Assembly (NCBI RefSeq): GCF_000143415.4
Contig: NW_003314338.1
Span: 365,524 to 375,072, forward strand
DNA length: 9,549 nt
Direction of reading: 5' to 3'
Source of the DNA: Selaginella moellendorffii
Taxonomy: Eukaryota; Plantae; Lycopodiophyta
This document shows positions 9,086 through 9,549 of the stretch, piece after piece. The notes under the pieces are model-generated. The model saw only the letters and a program-made list of their open reading frames with translations, was not told where the DNA came from and made no database searches. Positions within the stretch are counted from its first letter, which is position 1. Every line of letters begins with the position of its first letter. Both the position numbers and the translations under genes were made by a program.

Positions 9086-9549
9086 GCTGCTTGCGCTATT
9101 GGTGAACAACCGATCAAGGTAGATTGAAAATTCTTTACTTTTTTCTGAAGACAATTTGCAGGGACTGCTGAATCCTGCAGCTATGGCTAGGCTGGCGCTT
9201 GGAGAAGCTTTGACGAATCTTGTTTGGGCTAAGGTACTCTCATCTTAATTGTGTTTACACACCTTATGATCTGTTTAACTTTGCAGGCTGAACTTGATTC
9301 TGACATATATGTACAATCCTGCTGTTGCTCTTCGTGACACTATGATCGAGCTTGAGGTTGCAATAGAAGGTGGAAAGGACAGCTTGTCAATGGCTGCTCA
9401 AGCAGGTGGTGAAACTGTCAAGGCACCTGGGAATCTCGTCATTAGTCGTATGTAACTTGTTCAGACATTACACTCATCGTCACCCCTGATTTGAAGGTAC
9501 TGAAATTCATATCCTTTCATTCAAATCTGATTACTTGCTTCTTCCAGAT
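9086..9549 (+). pseudogene. PUR4: Phosphoribosylformylglycinamidine (FGAM) synthase gene fragment, 5'-truncated and frameshifted; runs off the window
   Basis: Exons: 9086-9118 AACAIGEQPIK; 9162-9233 GLLNPAAMARLALGEALTNLVWAK; 9287-9496 AELDS-(fs)-MYNPAVALRDTMIELEVAIEGGKDSLSMAAQAGGETVKAPGNLVIS-(fs)-YVTCSDITLIVTPDLK. GT-AG introns at 9119-9161, 9234-9286 and 9497-9547. The motifs are diagnostic of large-form PurL/PFAS. Confidence 0.93.

Noticed and set aside
8794-9105. 103 aa ORF upstream of the PUR4 fragment
   Set aside because: It has a TTG start, spans the Helitron junction and simple repeats, and is out of frame with the PUR4 exon.

Overview
This is eukaryotic land-plant-like genomic DNA with three assembly gaps, not prokaryotic sequence. 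The 43-55 bp GT-AG introns suggest a compact-intron lineage such as Selaginella (inference). No intact gene, RNA gene or CRISPR array is supportable. The window looks like a stack of non-autonomous Helitron (rolling-circle transposon) modules on the + strand. Two intact 3' termini (CCAGC-N3-GCTGG hairpin, 8 nt, CTAG|T) lie at 1005-1029 and 8774-8800, and five degraded or truncated copies of the same terminus lie near 723, 757, 4707, 5475 and 7586. Between them are broken, co-oriented host gene fragments: a plant HAD-like hydrolase (At3g10970-like, with introns), possible TPR pieces, a kelch-repeat pseudogene and a 5'-truncated, frameshifted FGAM synthase (PUR4/PurL) fragment with introns. A 4 x 37 bp minisatellite sits at one capture junction. 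Protein family calls come from recalled motifs, not database searches. No RepHel transposase is visible.
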